From positions 351,168,001 to 351,232,000 of the forward strand of contig OZ024743.1 of NCBI GenBank assembly GCA_964016885.1: DNA of 64,000 nt. Reading direction: 5' to 3'. The notes beneath the pieces are model-generated. The model searched no databases. It had not been told where the DNA came from and worked only from the letters and a program-made list of their open reading frames with translations. The DNA is from Eledone cirrhosa. Its lineage: Eukaryota. This document shows, piece after piece, positions 12,476-26,658 of the stretch (position 1 is the stretch's first letter; each line of letters starts with the position of its first letter). Position numbers and translations under genes: made by a program.

Positions 12476-14460
12476 TTACCTTACTTCTCGTAGGGGAAGG
12501 ACGGCTTTTCCATCCTTTTCACTGCTTGTGGCCTCCTCAGGAAGGATGTCCTTATAAATCCTCCTGGAGAGTGCTTGTCGGAAGTCTCCGATGTCTTTGG
12601 GGAATTTTTGTTTTAGTGTCATGTACGTTTTCTGTGTGATGCGAGTGATTTGTATGTGTGGAGGTGGTGTGAATTTTGGGGTTGTTGTGTAGTCTTTTTC
12701 TGTGATGCTAGTGTTGTGTTGGATGTAGTGTAATAATTGCTTGTTGTTCAAATTTAATGCTGTGTAGTGTGTATCGTTTTGGTTGTTTTGTTTTGTTTGC
12801 GTTTGTTGTGGGTTTGTTTCTGTTTCGCATTTTGGTGACTTTTGTGGTGTAGGTGATGGTGGTGCTGGGGATAATGATGGTGATGGTGTTGGTGTTTGGG
12901 TTGATGGGGTTGGTGATGCTGGTGTGGATGGTGGCATATCTGTCCTAACTTTTTTGTTTCTTAGTTTATTTGTTTCCCTCTGTATTTTGTTTTTGGAGGG
13001 GGAAGGAAGAGAATTTTTTCTTTTTTGGTTTCTTTTTTTTTTCCGGATATCGTTTCCCACTCCTCGTCGTCACAATCTGTCTCCAGTTGTGATAGGCCGG
13101 GGAGTGGAAAATCCTCCACAGCCGTCAGTTTTGGTTGTGGTGTGGTGGATGGTGTAGGCGCTGGTGCTAGTTCTGAAGCGTTGGGTGGTGGTGGTGTTGG
13201 TTTTGCTGGTGGTGGTAGTGGTATTGGTTTTGCTACTGTTGCTGGGGTTGTTGCTGTTATAGTTGCTTCTGTTGTTGCTGCTACAGTTGTTGCTGCCATC
13301 TCTGCTACTGGTGGTGTTGATGGTTGTGTCACTGGGGTGGGTAGGAGAGGTGGCCTCAACCTTTTAGCCTGAGGGCAGAAAGCCCTTAGGTGGGTTCCTT
13401 CACCACAAACGACACACCTAGGTCTTCTGCCCTCGACAATTACCGTGAGGTGGCTGCCGTCAGTGAGGTCTATTACCTCTGGGATCTCCTCAATGCTTTT
13501 TTGGTCCGCTTGGATCAAGAGCTCCATCCCAGATCCGGACCAGTTTTCCTGCTTTTCTTTTGCTACTGCTATTATTTTCGTGTTGGCTTCGATGCCGGCG
13601 AGGACAGCCGCTATTAGCCAGGGAATTTCGATGGCCGGTGGAACGAGGGTCACCCTGATCTTTACGAGTCGCTGGCCACAATAGCTTGGGACGAGTGTGA
13701 GGTCGTCACTTTTTAATGGGGCCATGGAGTGTTCTCTAGCCTCCTCTGGTGTTTCAAAGAACACATCCACGGTTCCATACTTTTGCCCACGTCTGATGTG
13801 GGTTTTTCTTGCCCACACATGTCCCAAAGCTTTTTGGATTTGGGACTCGGATGCCCGTTCCACTCGGCGCGATTTTACATTTATTGTTCTATACGACACG
13901 GTGCACAGGCGCCGATGCTCCATTTTATTAGGTGGGGGGGTGAGGCTGACCCTGTACCCATCTTTCTTTACCATTTGTTTGGCATTTTCTAAATCTTCTT
14001 GAGTTACCGTGAACGCTTCGAATTGTTTTGCTACGATGGTGAAACTGAGGGTCGGTTTTATAATGTCATTGTTGTTGTTGTTGCTATCGTTAATATTAAT
14101 TTTAGTTTCAGTTGTGGTGTTGGTGACGTCAGTCGTCTTTGGTGCGGAAGAGTCCATTTTGCTTGATTTCATTTCGACATCACGAGTTAATTTATTTTTT
14201 TCTTCTTTTGTTTCTGTTGTCGCGGTGGTGGTGGGGGTGGTGGTTGTCGCGGTGGTGGTGGTGGTGGAGGCTTTAACACCTGCAGTCATTGGTAATGGCG
14301 GGAAATGAATGTCTGCCTGAGACAAATTTAAAATATTGCTACTGCTTATATTTTTTTTTGTGTTGGCAAACGTAGTAACATTTACAATGGTGGTGTCGGT
14401 GTGAGGTGTTATTTTGTGAGGAAGGCTTTCAGCTGCTTCGTGCAGAGGGGAATTAGCCAT
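12476..14460 (-). pseudogene. Tx1 copy A ORF1 (Gag-like, CCHC knuckle), one frameshift in an A-run
   Basis: 12961..14460 and 12476..13060 overlap at A-runs around 13015-13042. Knuckle CVVCGEGTHLRAFC. Pro/Thr-rich linkers. Confidence 0.8.
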
Positions 14461-14669
14461 TTTTTTTTCAAAGAAATTTTTGGATAATAATAAAAGTTAA
14501 AATTTTGGGCACAAGGCCCCAATCTTTTTGGGTGTCCTTTTCGGAAAACAATGTATGTGTGCTTATAAACAGTTAACAATAAAATTTTCCATAAATGGCA
14601 ATTTTTAACAAACGGAAATAACAAACCTTTGCGGAGCTCACGATAATACGATTTCCTACGTAGGTCGCC

Positions 14670-14717
<48 letters not shown>

Positions 14718-14719
<2 letters not shown>

Positions 14720-17700
14720 CTTCTTTATTGGCCACAAGGGCTGACATCAAGAGAAACATTACAGACGGCACAGGACGGTTCAGGACGGTTCGATGTGGGT
14801 TTTGTGCGTGCAAAGATTTTTATTATTTATATAAAAAAGATTAAAAAAGACATAGAAACATATATATATATATAAACAATAAAAATGAAAATTGAAACAA
14901 TGAAAAATTCCCCAATAGGGGGGAAACCTCTGAGGGTTACTCGTGGCGAAAACCGCACAAAAGACCACGGCCACCCTGACCACCAGGGCAAGTGCCCTCT
15001 CTCAATTTTTCCATTTCTCAAACTACAGGCGTATATTCAGAGCGGTCCCGTTCACTCAGACCACTCTCGCTACATTCACCCACCTTTCAACAAACTTGCT
15101 AGAAGGCAGCACTTGCCTCTCCACCCTGATTTTCCTCTTCAAGTGAAACTTGAAAAAGTTAATTAGGGATTCGCCGAAGAGGAAAGTATCTGTCTTTAAC
15201 CCTTTCAACCTTGTCCACCACACAATCTCTTTCGCCATGGCCACCAGGTAGATGAAAGCCGCCGGCCCTTCCTCCTCGAAGGAAGATGGCGAGACCATCA
15301 GCTCAATGGACTCAGTCGATAACCGGATCAGTCCTACACGCGACAGCAACTGTTCGACATAGCTCCACAAGTCAGCAATGCTCGGGCACTGAACGAGAGC
15401 GTGCACGACGGTTTCGTCGCTCTGCGTGCATCTCGGACAGGCTCGGCTGACGGCACTTCCGTGCCTGTAGAACTTATCTCGAACCGGCAACGCTCCCCGG
15501 TAGCACTGCCAGGCCAAGAATTTTTGGAAGTTATCCATAGGCCCTGGGCTGAAAGTTCTCCGGAAGAGAGCAAACAGCTGATCTTCTTCGACGCCCAGGA
15601 TCTCTTCGAGAATGTCGTCGCTCTTCCCCTCCACTAGTCCTCTATAGAACGCCGAGGTGGATGTTCCACCGATACTGGTGCCCAGCTGGCAGAAGGCAGT
15701 GAGCGCCTGGAGACATTCCAGTTTCCAAGCGCTATCCCTCGGTCTTTTCCTGACCCAGGACTGCAGCTCCGTCAAGGAGACGAGCTGTGGGAGAACGTGC
15801 CTGGCGAACGGCGACCACACCTGTTCACGGTCAAGGAAGCACCAGAGATGTCGCAGCCTCAGCGCATGTTTGCGCATCATCAGCCATGGCATGCCCAGTC
15901 CTCAACGCAACGGGTGTTGACAGCAGATGGATCGTCTGACCATGGGAGCGCGTCCCTTCCACAAAAAGCTCCAATGGCGAGAGTTGGGCCGGGGCAAGGG
16001 ACGACGGTGAGGCGGTAGCAGATGACGGATGCGATGTACTCATTCGCCACCTCCGCCCGGCCTTTCAGGGACAGCTTCCTCTGGGTGATGGACGTCACCT
16101 CTTTCCAGTTTTTCTCCATCTGGAGGTCCGGTCCAGACCCCGAGCAATTTAACCGGTCTGTCCGTCCAACGCCCACGACGCTGTCGGACGGCATGAACTT
16201 GCCTCTCCAGGTGCCGAGCTGCAAGCCCACCGACTTTTCCTGGTTTATCTTTGCTCCTGTCACCCCTTCGTATTCCTTGAGAGCGGTGCCGAGCATCTGG
16301 ACGTGTCTGGTACTCGACACCACTGCGCTGACGTCGTCGGCGTAAGCCGGTTCGGATTTCCCGCATCCTAGTTCGCGTGGGGCGCCCCTATTCGCCCCCA
16401 GTTTGTGCAGTAACGGCTCGAGAGCCAATACGTACAAAAGGGACGAGAGGGACAACCCTGGCGGACCGAACGCATGATGCAACGGCTGCAACGTGTGACC
16501 GTTCACGCTCACAACTGAGCAGATGTCGTTGTACATCGCAGCGATCCAACCCCTGAAAACGGGCCCGAAACCGGCTGCCTCAAGGAACGCTGCCAGGTAC
16601 CGATGGTCGACTCTATCGAATGCTTTGGATTGATCCAGGTTGATCAGGGCCCCACCCGTGACAAGTTCCTTCACCACCCTCTCTATTATGTATCGCATGA
16701 GGTGGAGGTTGTCGTGTATGGATCTGTCCGGAATAGCACATGTCTGCGCCTCTCCCACCAGACCCTTGACGACAAGCGCCAACCTCGTTGCTAACACCTC
16801 GGCCAAAATCTTGATCTCTGCGTTTAGCAGCGTTATGGGCCTGAAGTTATCGATAACATCCCCCTTGTTCGGGTATTTTCTCAGCATCGCCACCGCTCCC
16901 CGGTTCACAAAACTGGGAATGCTCCCGTTCTTCTGCCAGTTGCAGTAGAAGTCTGCCAAGAGGTCACCGAACAAGTCTGGCATAAATGCATAAAGCTCGT
17001 AGGGCAGACCATCCAAACCTGGCGAGTTACCCTTCGTGCAGTTAGCCATCGCTTCCCGTATTTCACCGGCTGTTATTGGCTTTTCGCAGCACTGCACTGT
17101 GATCATCGAGAGCCGCGGCAGTCCGTCGGGGGTATGCACCTAAGTTCGTACTCCGATCCGCCGCTCCCGAGCAATTGAGCAAAGTGCTGTTGAAAAGCCG
17201 CACACACCTGCTCCAGTTCGAGCAACATGCGCCCGTTTTGATCAGGAAAAGACTGAATTGTGGATTTGTTGCCACGTCGCGCCTCCACCACCTGGGCCCA
17301 TTGAACGGCTTTCGTCCCCTCATGTCTCAGAGCACGCGCGCTCTAGCTCTGACAACGCATCCTTCATGCTTTGCGTTGAATAATTGGTTGAGTGCCAATC
17401 TCGCCGCAAGTATGTCGGTTGCGATGCCTGTCCTAAACGCCCCTTCCGGCTTTCTAACTAGCTCTCCCTCTACTCTATTTTCCTCAATCACTACTCCTTA
17501 GCTAAACCTTATCGATTCTACTCTAATAGCCCTTTTCAGGATAAACCACCACCTGTTGTTGATGATCGCACCTGTCAACACACGCTTAACTAATTCGTTA
17601 ATGCGGTCTCTGTAAGCTTTGCTCGCCGTGAACGATGTGTTCAGCTTCCAGTAACCGGGCCCATGCCTATGGAGTCTATCTAAGTCTATTTCACAGATCA

Positions 17701-20621
17701 CAAATGTGTGGTCTGTGTTGTTGACTACTATAAATTGTGGACAACCTACACTAGCCTTATCTGTTTCCCTACAGAATACCCTATCTAAATACGATCTGGA
17801 TGACCCGATGCGGTTTGCCCATGTCCACATTGACACATTCGGATAATCCAGTCAATACCTGTCAGACAGTTCAACAGGTTGTTGAGGCTTTTACACCCTC
17901 CTCCTCTGTCTACTAACCCCACATAATCTCAGTGGGCATATAAGATACCGTTCCAGTCGCCCATTAACACTAAAGAGCGGGACGGTCCAAGAAAGGTCTC
18001 TAGACGTCTGAAGAAATCTGGCCGTCCTGCCCCAGTTGGGGCGTAGACGGTACTAGCTTGGAAGCATTGCCATCGCTGCCGGTCACCTCCAGCACCACCG
18101 ACATTCCTTCTGGGTCCAGGTAGATGGCCCGTATGGTGAGACCCAAGCCTCTCCAAAAAAGCACAGCAACTCCCCCCCCCCTCTCCCGGACGGCTGGGAG
18201 ATGCGTATACATCGTAGCCGCCGAAGATCGGTGCAAAGGCTCGCGCTTCGGAGATTCTGGTCTCGCTGATGGCCACCACATCTACGTTTAGTGACCTGAG
18301 GTCGTTGTGCAGGTGACCCTGCTTCCAAGATGACCCCAGACCACGTACATTTATACTGCCTATTCTAAGTACGGCCATGCTGTGTGAGGAACGGGGTAAG
18401 TGAGAAAGGATCACTTACTTTGACCGTGTGGGGAAGGGACAGTAGAACCGTCCCTTCGGCTGGTGATGGGTGTCTCCAAGACGATATATTTGTATATTCT
18501 CTTAGAGAGTGACCCCTGAAATCCCCAACTGCGTTGGTGAATTTTTGTTTTAATTGTGTGTAATCTTCGAGTTCGATTTCCACAATGTTAATATCTTTTG
18601 GTAATTTCTTGGTGTTGGTGGGGTGTGGTAATTTACATCTGAAATATCTGTGTGCTGTTTTATATGTTCCACTAGTCCTTGGTGTGCAATGTTTATGGTT
18701 GTGTACTTTGGGGAGGGAGGGGTGGTTTTGTTGCTGTTTTCTTGTTGTTGCTGTTATGTGTGTGTGCTTTGTTGTGTTTGCGATGTTGCTGTTTGTGGTG
18801 ATGCTGGTGGTGGTGGTGTGGTTGTTGTTGGTAGTGATGCTTGTGGTAGTGATGGTGGTGGCGTTGCTGAAAGTCACCTTGCAGCCTTTACCCTTCTTTG
18901 TTTGTCCTCGCTTTTGGAGGGCAAAGCTAAGTGGTTCTTTCGTTTTTGTTTTTTGTGGCAGACCTTTTGCCACTTCACTCCCGCCTCATACTCCATGTCG
19001 GATTCCGTGGCATCTGGGAGGGGTATGTGCTCCATGGCTGTTGGTGGTGGTAGTATAGCACTCTCCGGCGATTTTGTTGCTGGTGCAGCTACTGCAAATG
19101 TAGCTACTGGTGTTTCCGCCACTGATGCTGTTGCTTTAGTTGTCCGTGGCCTTGGTATGGGTGCCACGGACGTTGCCCTCCTACTCACCGTGGAAGGGTC
19201 TTCTGCCTCTGTTGGCTGCCCTGCTCTTGGTAGCAGGGGATCAGGCGTTGGAAGGAGGGCGGGGGGGGGGACTCTTCTTGTTTGTCTTCTGCGGGCAAAA
19301 GGCCCTGAGGTGACCCTTTTGCCCACAGAGATAACTTTTGGGCGCCTTCCTTCCACGCGTATAGGGAGTTGGAGTCCTTCCTCGAGGTCTATGATATCTG
19401 GGATAGCCTCGATACACTCCTGGTCAGTTTGTATTAGCATTTGCATGCCTATACCTGACCAATTCTCTCTTCTCATTCTCTGTATTTGCAGTATGGAAGT
19501 CCTGTCCTCGATTCCAGCAAGGACAGACGCGGCCAGCCAAGGTATAGGCATGTGCGGCGGGACCTGGGTCACTTTGACCCTCACAATTTTCTGCCCGCAG
19601 TAGGAGGGCACCAAGACTATCTCCTCACTCTTTAGGGTTTCCAAAGAATGAGACTTCGCCTCTTGGGGGTGGCGAAAAGTACGTCTACTGTGGCATACAT
19701 TTTACCTCGGGTGATGTGGGTTTTGCGCGCCCAGACGCACCCCAAGGCCTTTTGGATTTTAGCCTCCGTGGCTCTCTCCACCCGATGTGACATTTTGCTT
19801 ACAGTGCGGTAAGTCACCGTCCGTAGCAGCTGGTCCTTGAAAAAATCGGGTGGATGTTTCAGGGAAACTCTATTGTCATTTCTTGTCACCATGGCCCCTG
19901 CGACTGCCATCTCTTCCTCCGTGACTAGCACTTTTTCTATATTTTGGGCCACACCTGCGAAAGAAATGGCCCCTTTTTCAGCGGCCTCACCATTATTGCT
20001 GCCGATACTGCTGCTACTGGTCTTGTTGTTGGTGCTGTTGATACTGCTACAAACGGTATTGTTGCTGTTATCACTGTTGTAGTTGGTTCTGTTTTTGTTG
20101 CCACCGTTGTTGCTGTTCTCGGAGCAATTTGTATTGTTGCTGTTGGTGTTGTCGTTGTTTATTTTCTTGTTAGTGGTTTTAATATCATTATTGCATTTGT
20201 TGTCATTTGTTTCTGTTGTCTGTATTTTGGTTGTCGCTGTTATTGTTGTAGTTGGTGTGGTAATTCTTTTTAAAATAGTGTTCTCAGTGTTGTTGTCATT
20301 GCTGTCTTTGTTCACATTGTTTGTGGTGGTGTTAGTTGTATCAATTTCTGTAACCATAATCCCAACTTTTACGCCGTTGTCACGCGACAGGAGACATATT
20401 GCTGGGGGGCGTGGCTAAGCCATGTGATGTTTTTTATAATTTTTAAAAGTAAAATGTTCAAATATTTGGGCCAAGAGGCCCAAATATTATACTTTCCCCC
20501 TCACAGGGCAAAGTCCAAGGGCTTATATCCCTTACACAACAAGAAAAGTTTAACAACAAATAATTATAACGGTAAATAAAGCGACTTACTGGGAGCGAGC
20601 AAAAGGACGTCCGATCAGACC
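14718..20621 (-). mobile_element. Full-length but decayed Tx1 element, copy B, in (ATT)n
   Basis: ORF1 pieces 19632..20357, 18874..19644 and 18365..18973. ORF2 pieces from 18378 down to ~15023 are homologous to copy A but carry many frameshifts. (AAT)n at both ends. Confidence 0.9.
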
Positions 20622-20648
20622 AATAATAATGAGAAGAAGAAGAAGAAT

Positions 20649-22280
20649 GGCTTCTCTATTAGCCTTATAGAGCTTACATTGAGAGGACAATAAGGGCGGT
20701 ACAATGTGCGTGTGTTTTTAATGAGGTAAAGGTTTATAAAGAAGACTAACATAAGCATTTAAAATAAAACCATAACAAATTCCATGGTGAAGATACCTCA
20801 GAGGGCCACTCATGCAGAAAGCCCACAAAAAGCCATGGCCCACTAAGGAAAGTGCTTTCTCTCAGATGTTCTCTTCCAATTTACCGGCACATACTCTGAG
20901 AAAGCCTATTCACTCGGACCTTGCTAACTTTCACATCCACCTTTCAACAAATTGGTTGAAAGGTAGCGTTAAACTCCCCACCCTGATTTTTCTCTTCAGG
21001 TGAAATCTGAAAAAGTTCATTAGAACTTTGCCGAAGAGGAAAGAGCTAGTCTTCAAGCCTTTCAGGCGCGTCCACCACGCGACCGCTTTTGCTATGACCA
21101 GCAGGCAGATACAATCTGTTTGCCCTTCCTCTCTAAAGGAAGATGACGGGGGCGATCTTCACAATGGACTCAATTGATAGTAAGATCACACGTCAGCAAT
21201 ACACAGGTCAGGAATACATGGACACTCGATGTGTCCGTGCTGGACGGTTTCGTCAGCCAGTGCACATCTCCGACAGGCCCGGCATACGGCACTTGCAAGC
21301 TTGTAGAGTTTATCTCGAAGTGGCAAACCTCCTCTCTAGCACTGCCAGTTTCAGATACCATTTGCAAGTGTCCCTCTTTCATTCATACCGTCTAGCCTAT
21401 AGGTGAATGTTTGAGGCAGGTTCATTCACTGAGGCTACACCCTTTTCGCTACACCTCTTTAACATTTCTACCCATCTTTTATGAAATATACTCCCTCACC
21501 TTCCTTTCCAAGTGAAACTTTAACAAAAGTCGATGAGGGTCTGAACGAAGTGTAATATGTCTATTTTCAGTCCTTTCAGCCAAATAAAATGGTTCAACTT
21601 TCATGATGGTGTCGGCTGATAGCCGGATGCGTCCTACATGCGACAACAACTGTTCGACAAAGATTCCACAAGTCTAATAATGTGCTACAATACATGATCA
21701 CCGCCAAGGAATGTTTGCAAATATGGCAGCTTCAGCACAGATTTTCGCAACAACAGCCATGGCATGCCCTGCCCTCTGCAGAAAAGGTGCTGGCAAGAAA
21801 TGGACGACATTTCGAGTGGAATGTGTCATTTGCGCAAGAAATATTTCCTCCTGCTAACGTTTCGTATTACTTTAAGAATGTGCCGATTATCTCGATTACC
21901 GATATGTTCGAGGACATCATGGTGACGTCGTCACCATATGCCAATAGTGCTCTTCCGCATTCCAGTTCGAGCGAAATGCCCTTCAACGGCTCCAGTTTCC
22001 ACAGTAATGGATCGTGAGTCAGTTCATACAAAAAGGAGTAAAGAGGGAACTCTTCACAGATAATGTGCAGGATTTGAAACGATTTAATAGATAGCCCTTT
22101 AGTCTGAGCACCAAAGATATCTCACTGTGCATTGAAGTGATCCAGCCTCTGAAGATGGGACCGAAACCGGCTGTCTTGAGTACAGTGTTCAAGAATTGGT
22201 GGACGACATTATCGAAAGCTTTCTGTTGATCTGAGTTGGTCAGAGCCCCACCGAAGTCAAGTTTACTCTCCACCCCCGTT
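20649..22280 (-). mobile_element. Highly degenerate, internally deleted Tx1 3' fragment, copy C
   Basis: FGGALTNSDQQKAFD..GFGPIFRGWI (22019..22273), AYGDDV, plus a C-terminal and 3'UTR region homologous to copy A. Confidence 0.75.
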
Positions 22281-22439
22281 CGGCAGCTGAATGAGAGTGG
22301 CCTATTCCATGTGTTCCTGTTTGACTTGGAGTGGGATCTCTAGACTGACCCCTTGCTAATTCTCCCACCGAGTGTTCTTCAAGTCTAGGAGGGTATCAGC
22401 TCCACCGAGAAGGATGCAAACTAAGATCCGTCAGATGTA

Positions 22440-23550
22440 CAAAACATACTAAAGGAGAAATGAATTGAAAATCTACTCCACAGCCAATACCCAGAAAGTC
22501 TCGACAGAGATGTAAGCCAAAGTTAAATTCAACAATGGCTCAGATCTTTAGTCTAAAATCAGAAACTGAAGGACTAATTCTTGCTGCACAATATTTGGCC
22601 AGAAATAACTATAAGAACAAAATAATTGTTTCTACTTTAGGCACAAGGCCAGCAATTATCCAGTGCATTACTGGTACTTTATTTTATCGACCCCGTAAGG
22701 ATGAAAGGCAAAGTCAACCTCGTGAAAATGGGTCATCACATAATATGTAACTAGCATTATGACAAGGTTGACCACATCATCTCCTGCTGCCTAGTCCTTG
22801 CCAAGTCTGAATATATACATAGGCATGGTCGATTTGGCAGCTATTTCCACTGGACAAAATGCCAATACTTCGACATGAAAACTGGTAAGAAGTTGTATAA
22901 ACATGTAACAAACATGGCCACTATTATCAGGGATATGTTTATCCAAACTGATAAATAAATCAAGGTACACCATCCAGACATTAATAATCAACGACTAGGC
23001 AAACACACACATACTCGCTGATAGACACTGCAACCCTCTCTGGCCAAAACATTACCCGGAAAGAAGCAAGAAGCGGAATACCGTAAAAAAAGAAGGATCT
23101 TGAAATTGAAATCTTATAAAGTGTAGACCATGAAAGTAAAAACAGTGTTAGTAATAATCAATGCATAGGTTTCATAAAAGAAATATAAACAAAAACATAG
23201 AAGCCATACAATGGTTTATAACGCTACACATTGTCAAAAAATAGCTTTGCTAGGAAGAGCCCACATCGTGCGCAAGACATTATTGATTCAATAGCTCAGT
23301 TCAAATATAACAATCTCCATACACGACACACACTCTATAGAATAAGAACCTAATAAAATAAACCAACACAACTCATATAAAATGTACTCTTCAAGAAAAT
23401 ATATAAAATAACACAAATCACATCACATGCACTAACAGGAGGGGGTCTATACTATCTCAATATACACAATGGTATACACATCTCGGGAACAAAAAGGTGC
23501 ATCATGTGATGCATTAGAAGCTCGCATGAATCTACCAAAAAAATAATAAA
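22440..23550 (+). mobile_element. Old R4/Dong-like 3' fragment with a nested SINE piece (22622-22722, -)
   Basis: LKSETEGLILAAQ, VDHIISCC..EYIHRH and LLGRAHIVRKTL remnants are colinear with the C-terminus of the 4195-7845 ORF. Confidence 0.7.
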
Positions 23551-24033
23551 TTCCATTATGTGCCACAAGGGCGATGGTGAGAAATTTCTTGCCAGTTTCA
23601 CTCATCTATCAATAAATATACAGAAGACTAGTACTTCCCTTTCTACTCCGATCTTCTACTCCACGGGGAAGGTGAATATGTCATTAAATTAATGACTGAA
23701 GATGAAATTGTGTCTTCGATCCTTTCAGTTTTGTCTGTTCATATCTAAGTTTAATGGAAATCTCCAGCTTTCGAATGTTGAAAATTTTTTTTTTTCGAGC
23801 TGAAAGTTAACACAGGTGTCCAACTCTAATCCCATCATTCAATGTAACGGTGGGGTCATACAGAGAAGGGAGTAATTTAATAAGACTTGAGCTAGCACGC
23901 AGCCTTGTCTAATTCCTGTTTTTACACCTAAGAGCTCGGATTTCTGCTCTCCATTAACATCTTGGACCATCAACTCCTGTGGACGGTATTTGGACGGGAT
24001 TTAGACGGGAAACCAAATTTTCGAAGAACACCA

Positions 24034-24086
<53 letters not shown>

Positions 24087-24393
24087 GTGTGTGTGTGTGT
24101 ATATATATATACATGTATATACTGGGGAGGGGGTATATGTGTGTGTGTTTGTGTCTATCACGACTAGTTGTGATGTGGTGCCATATATATAGAATGTTAA
24201 CAACAAATTGAAATAAGGGATAATGTTCGTCGTTGGATAAGTCACATTAGTAGCCACCATATATATATATATAGTAATAATGGTTTCTTATATAGGCACA
24301 AGGCCAGCAATTTTGGGGAAGGGGAAATTTGCGTGACTGGGGAAGGGGAAAGTCGATTAAATCGAACCCAGTGCGTGAGTGGTACTTTATTTC

Positions 24394-25137
<744 letters not shown>

Positions 25138-25140
25138 TAA

Positions 25141-25175
<35 letters not shown>

Positions 25176-25181
<6 letters not shown>

Positions 25182-26545
25182 AAATTTCGAGGTCCTGCTA
25201 TGGCCATCTCCTCAGATTGCACAAGATGGTACATAATACGTGATGGAGCGATCAAAATTGTGACCTATTCATCGGGCGCTGAGACGAATTTGCAAATACC
25301 GTTAAAAGTATAGTGTTTAGCGTTGCTTTATAGAATATTTATTTATTTATTTCCGTACTATAACAAAAAGAAATAACACATGGTGTGAAATTGAAACGTA
25401 TATGTTTGTGTCTGTGTATTCCGTATTGTAAGTGTAATGCATAGAAATTTCTATTTAAATGTGGCGGCTTGTTCAGTATGGAAAGTGTATGGTGCTGTGT
25501 GGTGTTATATAATAAAGGTACTTGTATTCATGTGTAAGAATTGAGAAGTATAGGAAATATGCGGTGTTATGTGGTGGTATGTAAGTTTGGAAAACAGAAA
25601 CAGTTAGGTATAAAGTATAGAAATCAATGTCAAGGTCGTTGAAGATCTAGTATAATGTATTGAATATTTTCACTTAGACAGCAATTGGCCTTGCGATGTA
25701 GGTATTTTTAAAAAACCTCATTCTTAGAATTCAGGTATTTATTTACCGAGGACAAACCTTATAATAGCCTTAAGTTTTCACTGAGGTAGAGATAACATCT
25801 CTTAGTACCGATGATATACGATCTGGACAGCTCAAGTATCTTTTATGTTATTTTATGTGGGACTCCTTTATCATTTAATCACCAGACTCTTTCTGCCACG
25901 GCCATGATGGATCTTATATGAGGGTGTCTACAGTAGTGAAGACGCGAGTAGAATCGTTGTATAAAACGTTCTTGTGCCATACCCACATGTCTTTCACCAG
26001 TTTGAGAATTTTCTATGGTGGTATGTGTAAACTTTGCCTCATATGCGATGGCTTTTATATTACATTTCTGTTGCAAAGATCAACCTCGGTTTATGTCGGG
26101 TTTGTTCTCTACAGTAATTTTTATCTCATAGGTGCGTTGCAAGAATTTGTAATTCCGATTGAATATTTTACTATATTTATGTTAAGGTGGGGAAATGTAT
26201 ATCATTTATATCTAAGAATATCTTACGTACGTTAGACTTTACGTTAAGAGAATAAGGGAGGGTTCGAATCAGAGAATTCTCCTTTTTCTGTTGGCATTCT
26301 TTGTATTGTTGGGTTAGGATTGATATGGTGTTTACTTAATCTCGTCTTTGAAGTCTCTATCTAGGAGGGTTAGTTTGTAGTATAGTGCAGCCTTATCGAA
26401 TATCTCGTTGGAGTCTGATAGATTTGAGATTCTACGAGAAACAAGGTATTTAAAACAAGGTATTTAAAAACAGCAGGGGGTGACATGACCCTTTGTTAAT
26501 ATATTTCAATTGTTCTTTAGGTTTATGGCATGGTTTATACTAAGG
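25176..26545 (-). mobile_element. Decayed Penelope-like element (RT C-terminus, GIY-YIG endonuclease, 3' region)
   Basis: Minus-strand remnants VSRRISNLSDSNEIFDKAALYY and CNIKAIAYEAKF...HVGMAQERFIQRFY (25879..26076), similar to the 58.6-59.1 kb ORF. Confidence 0.7.
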
Positions 26546-26557
26546 GAGAAGAATCGG

Positions 26558-26650
26558 GACCCCGACGGGTGAGCTCTGGCCGTTTCGACAGCTAGATCCG
26601 AACTGTTCGGATCTAGCTGTCGAAACGGCGAGAGCTCACCCGTCGGGGTC
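26558..26650. repeat. Near-perfect 93-bp palindrome (half-hammerhead family)
   Basis: 46-nt arms around T26604, one mismatch. Confidence 0.9.
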
Positions 26651-26658
26651 TTGACTCT

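Larger units (their letters stand above)
8785..14669 (-). mobile_element. Full-length Tx1-clade (L1 group) retrotransposon, copy A, in (ATT)n
   Basis: ORF1, ORF2 and a 3'UTR ending AATAAAGAAAAC. Bounded by (TAA)n at 8734-8784 and 14670-14717. Confidence 0.9.

Noticed and set aside
14827-15021. Possible spliced C-terminal extension of ORF1 with a hydrophobic tail in copy B
   Set aside because: The hydrophobicity comes from a T-rich UTR and is not conserved in D, E or F, where a stop follows at once.
18585-19603. Long + strand ORFs opposite Tx1 ORF1/ORF2 (e.g. 317 aa here, 251 aa at 32067, 237 aa at 38404)
   Set aside because: Antisense shadows of low-complexity or GC-rich coding sequence, with no recognisable domain.
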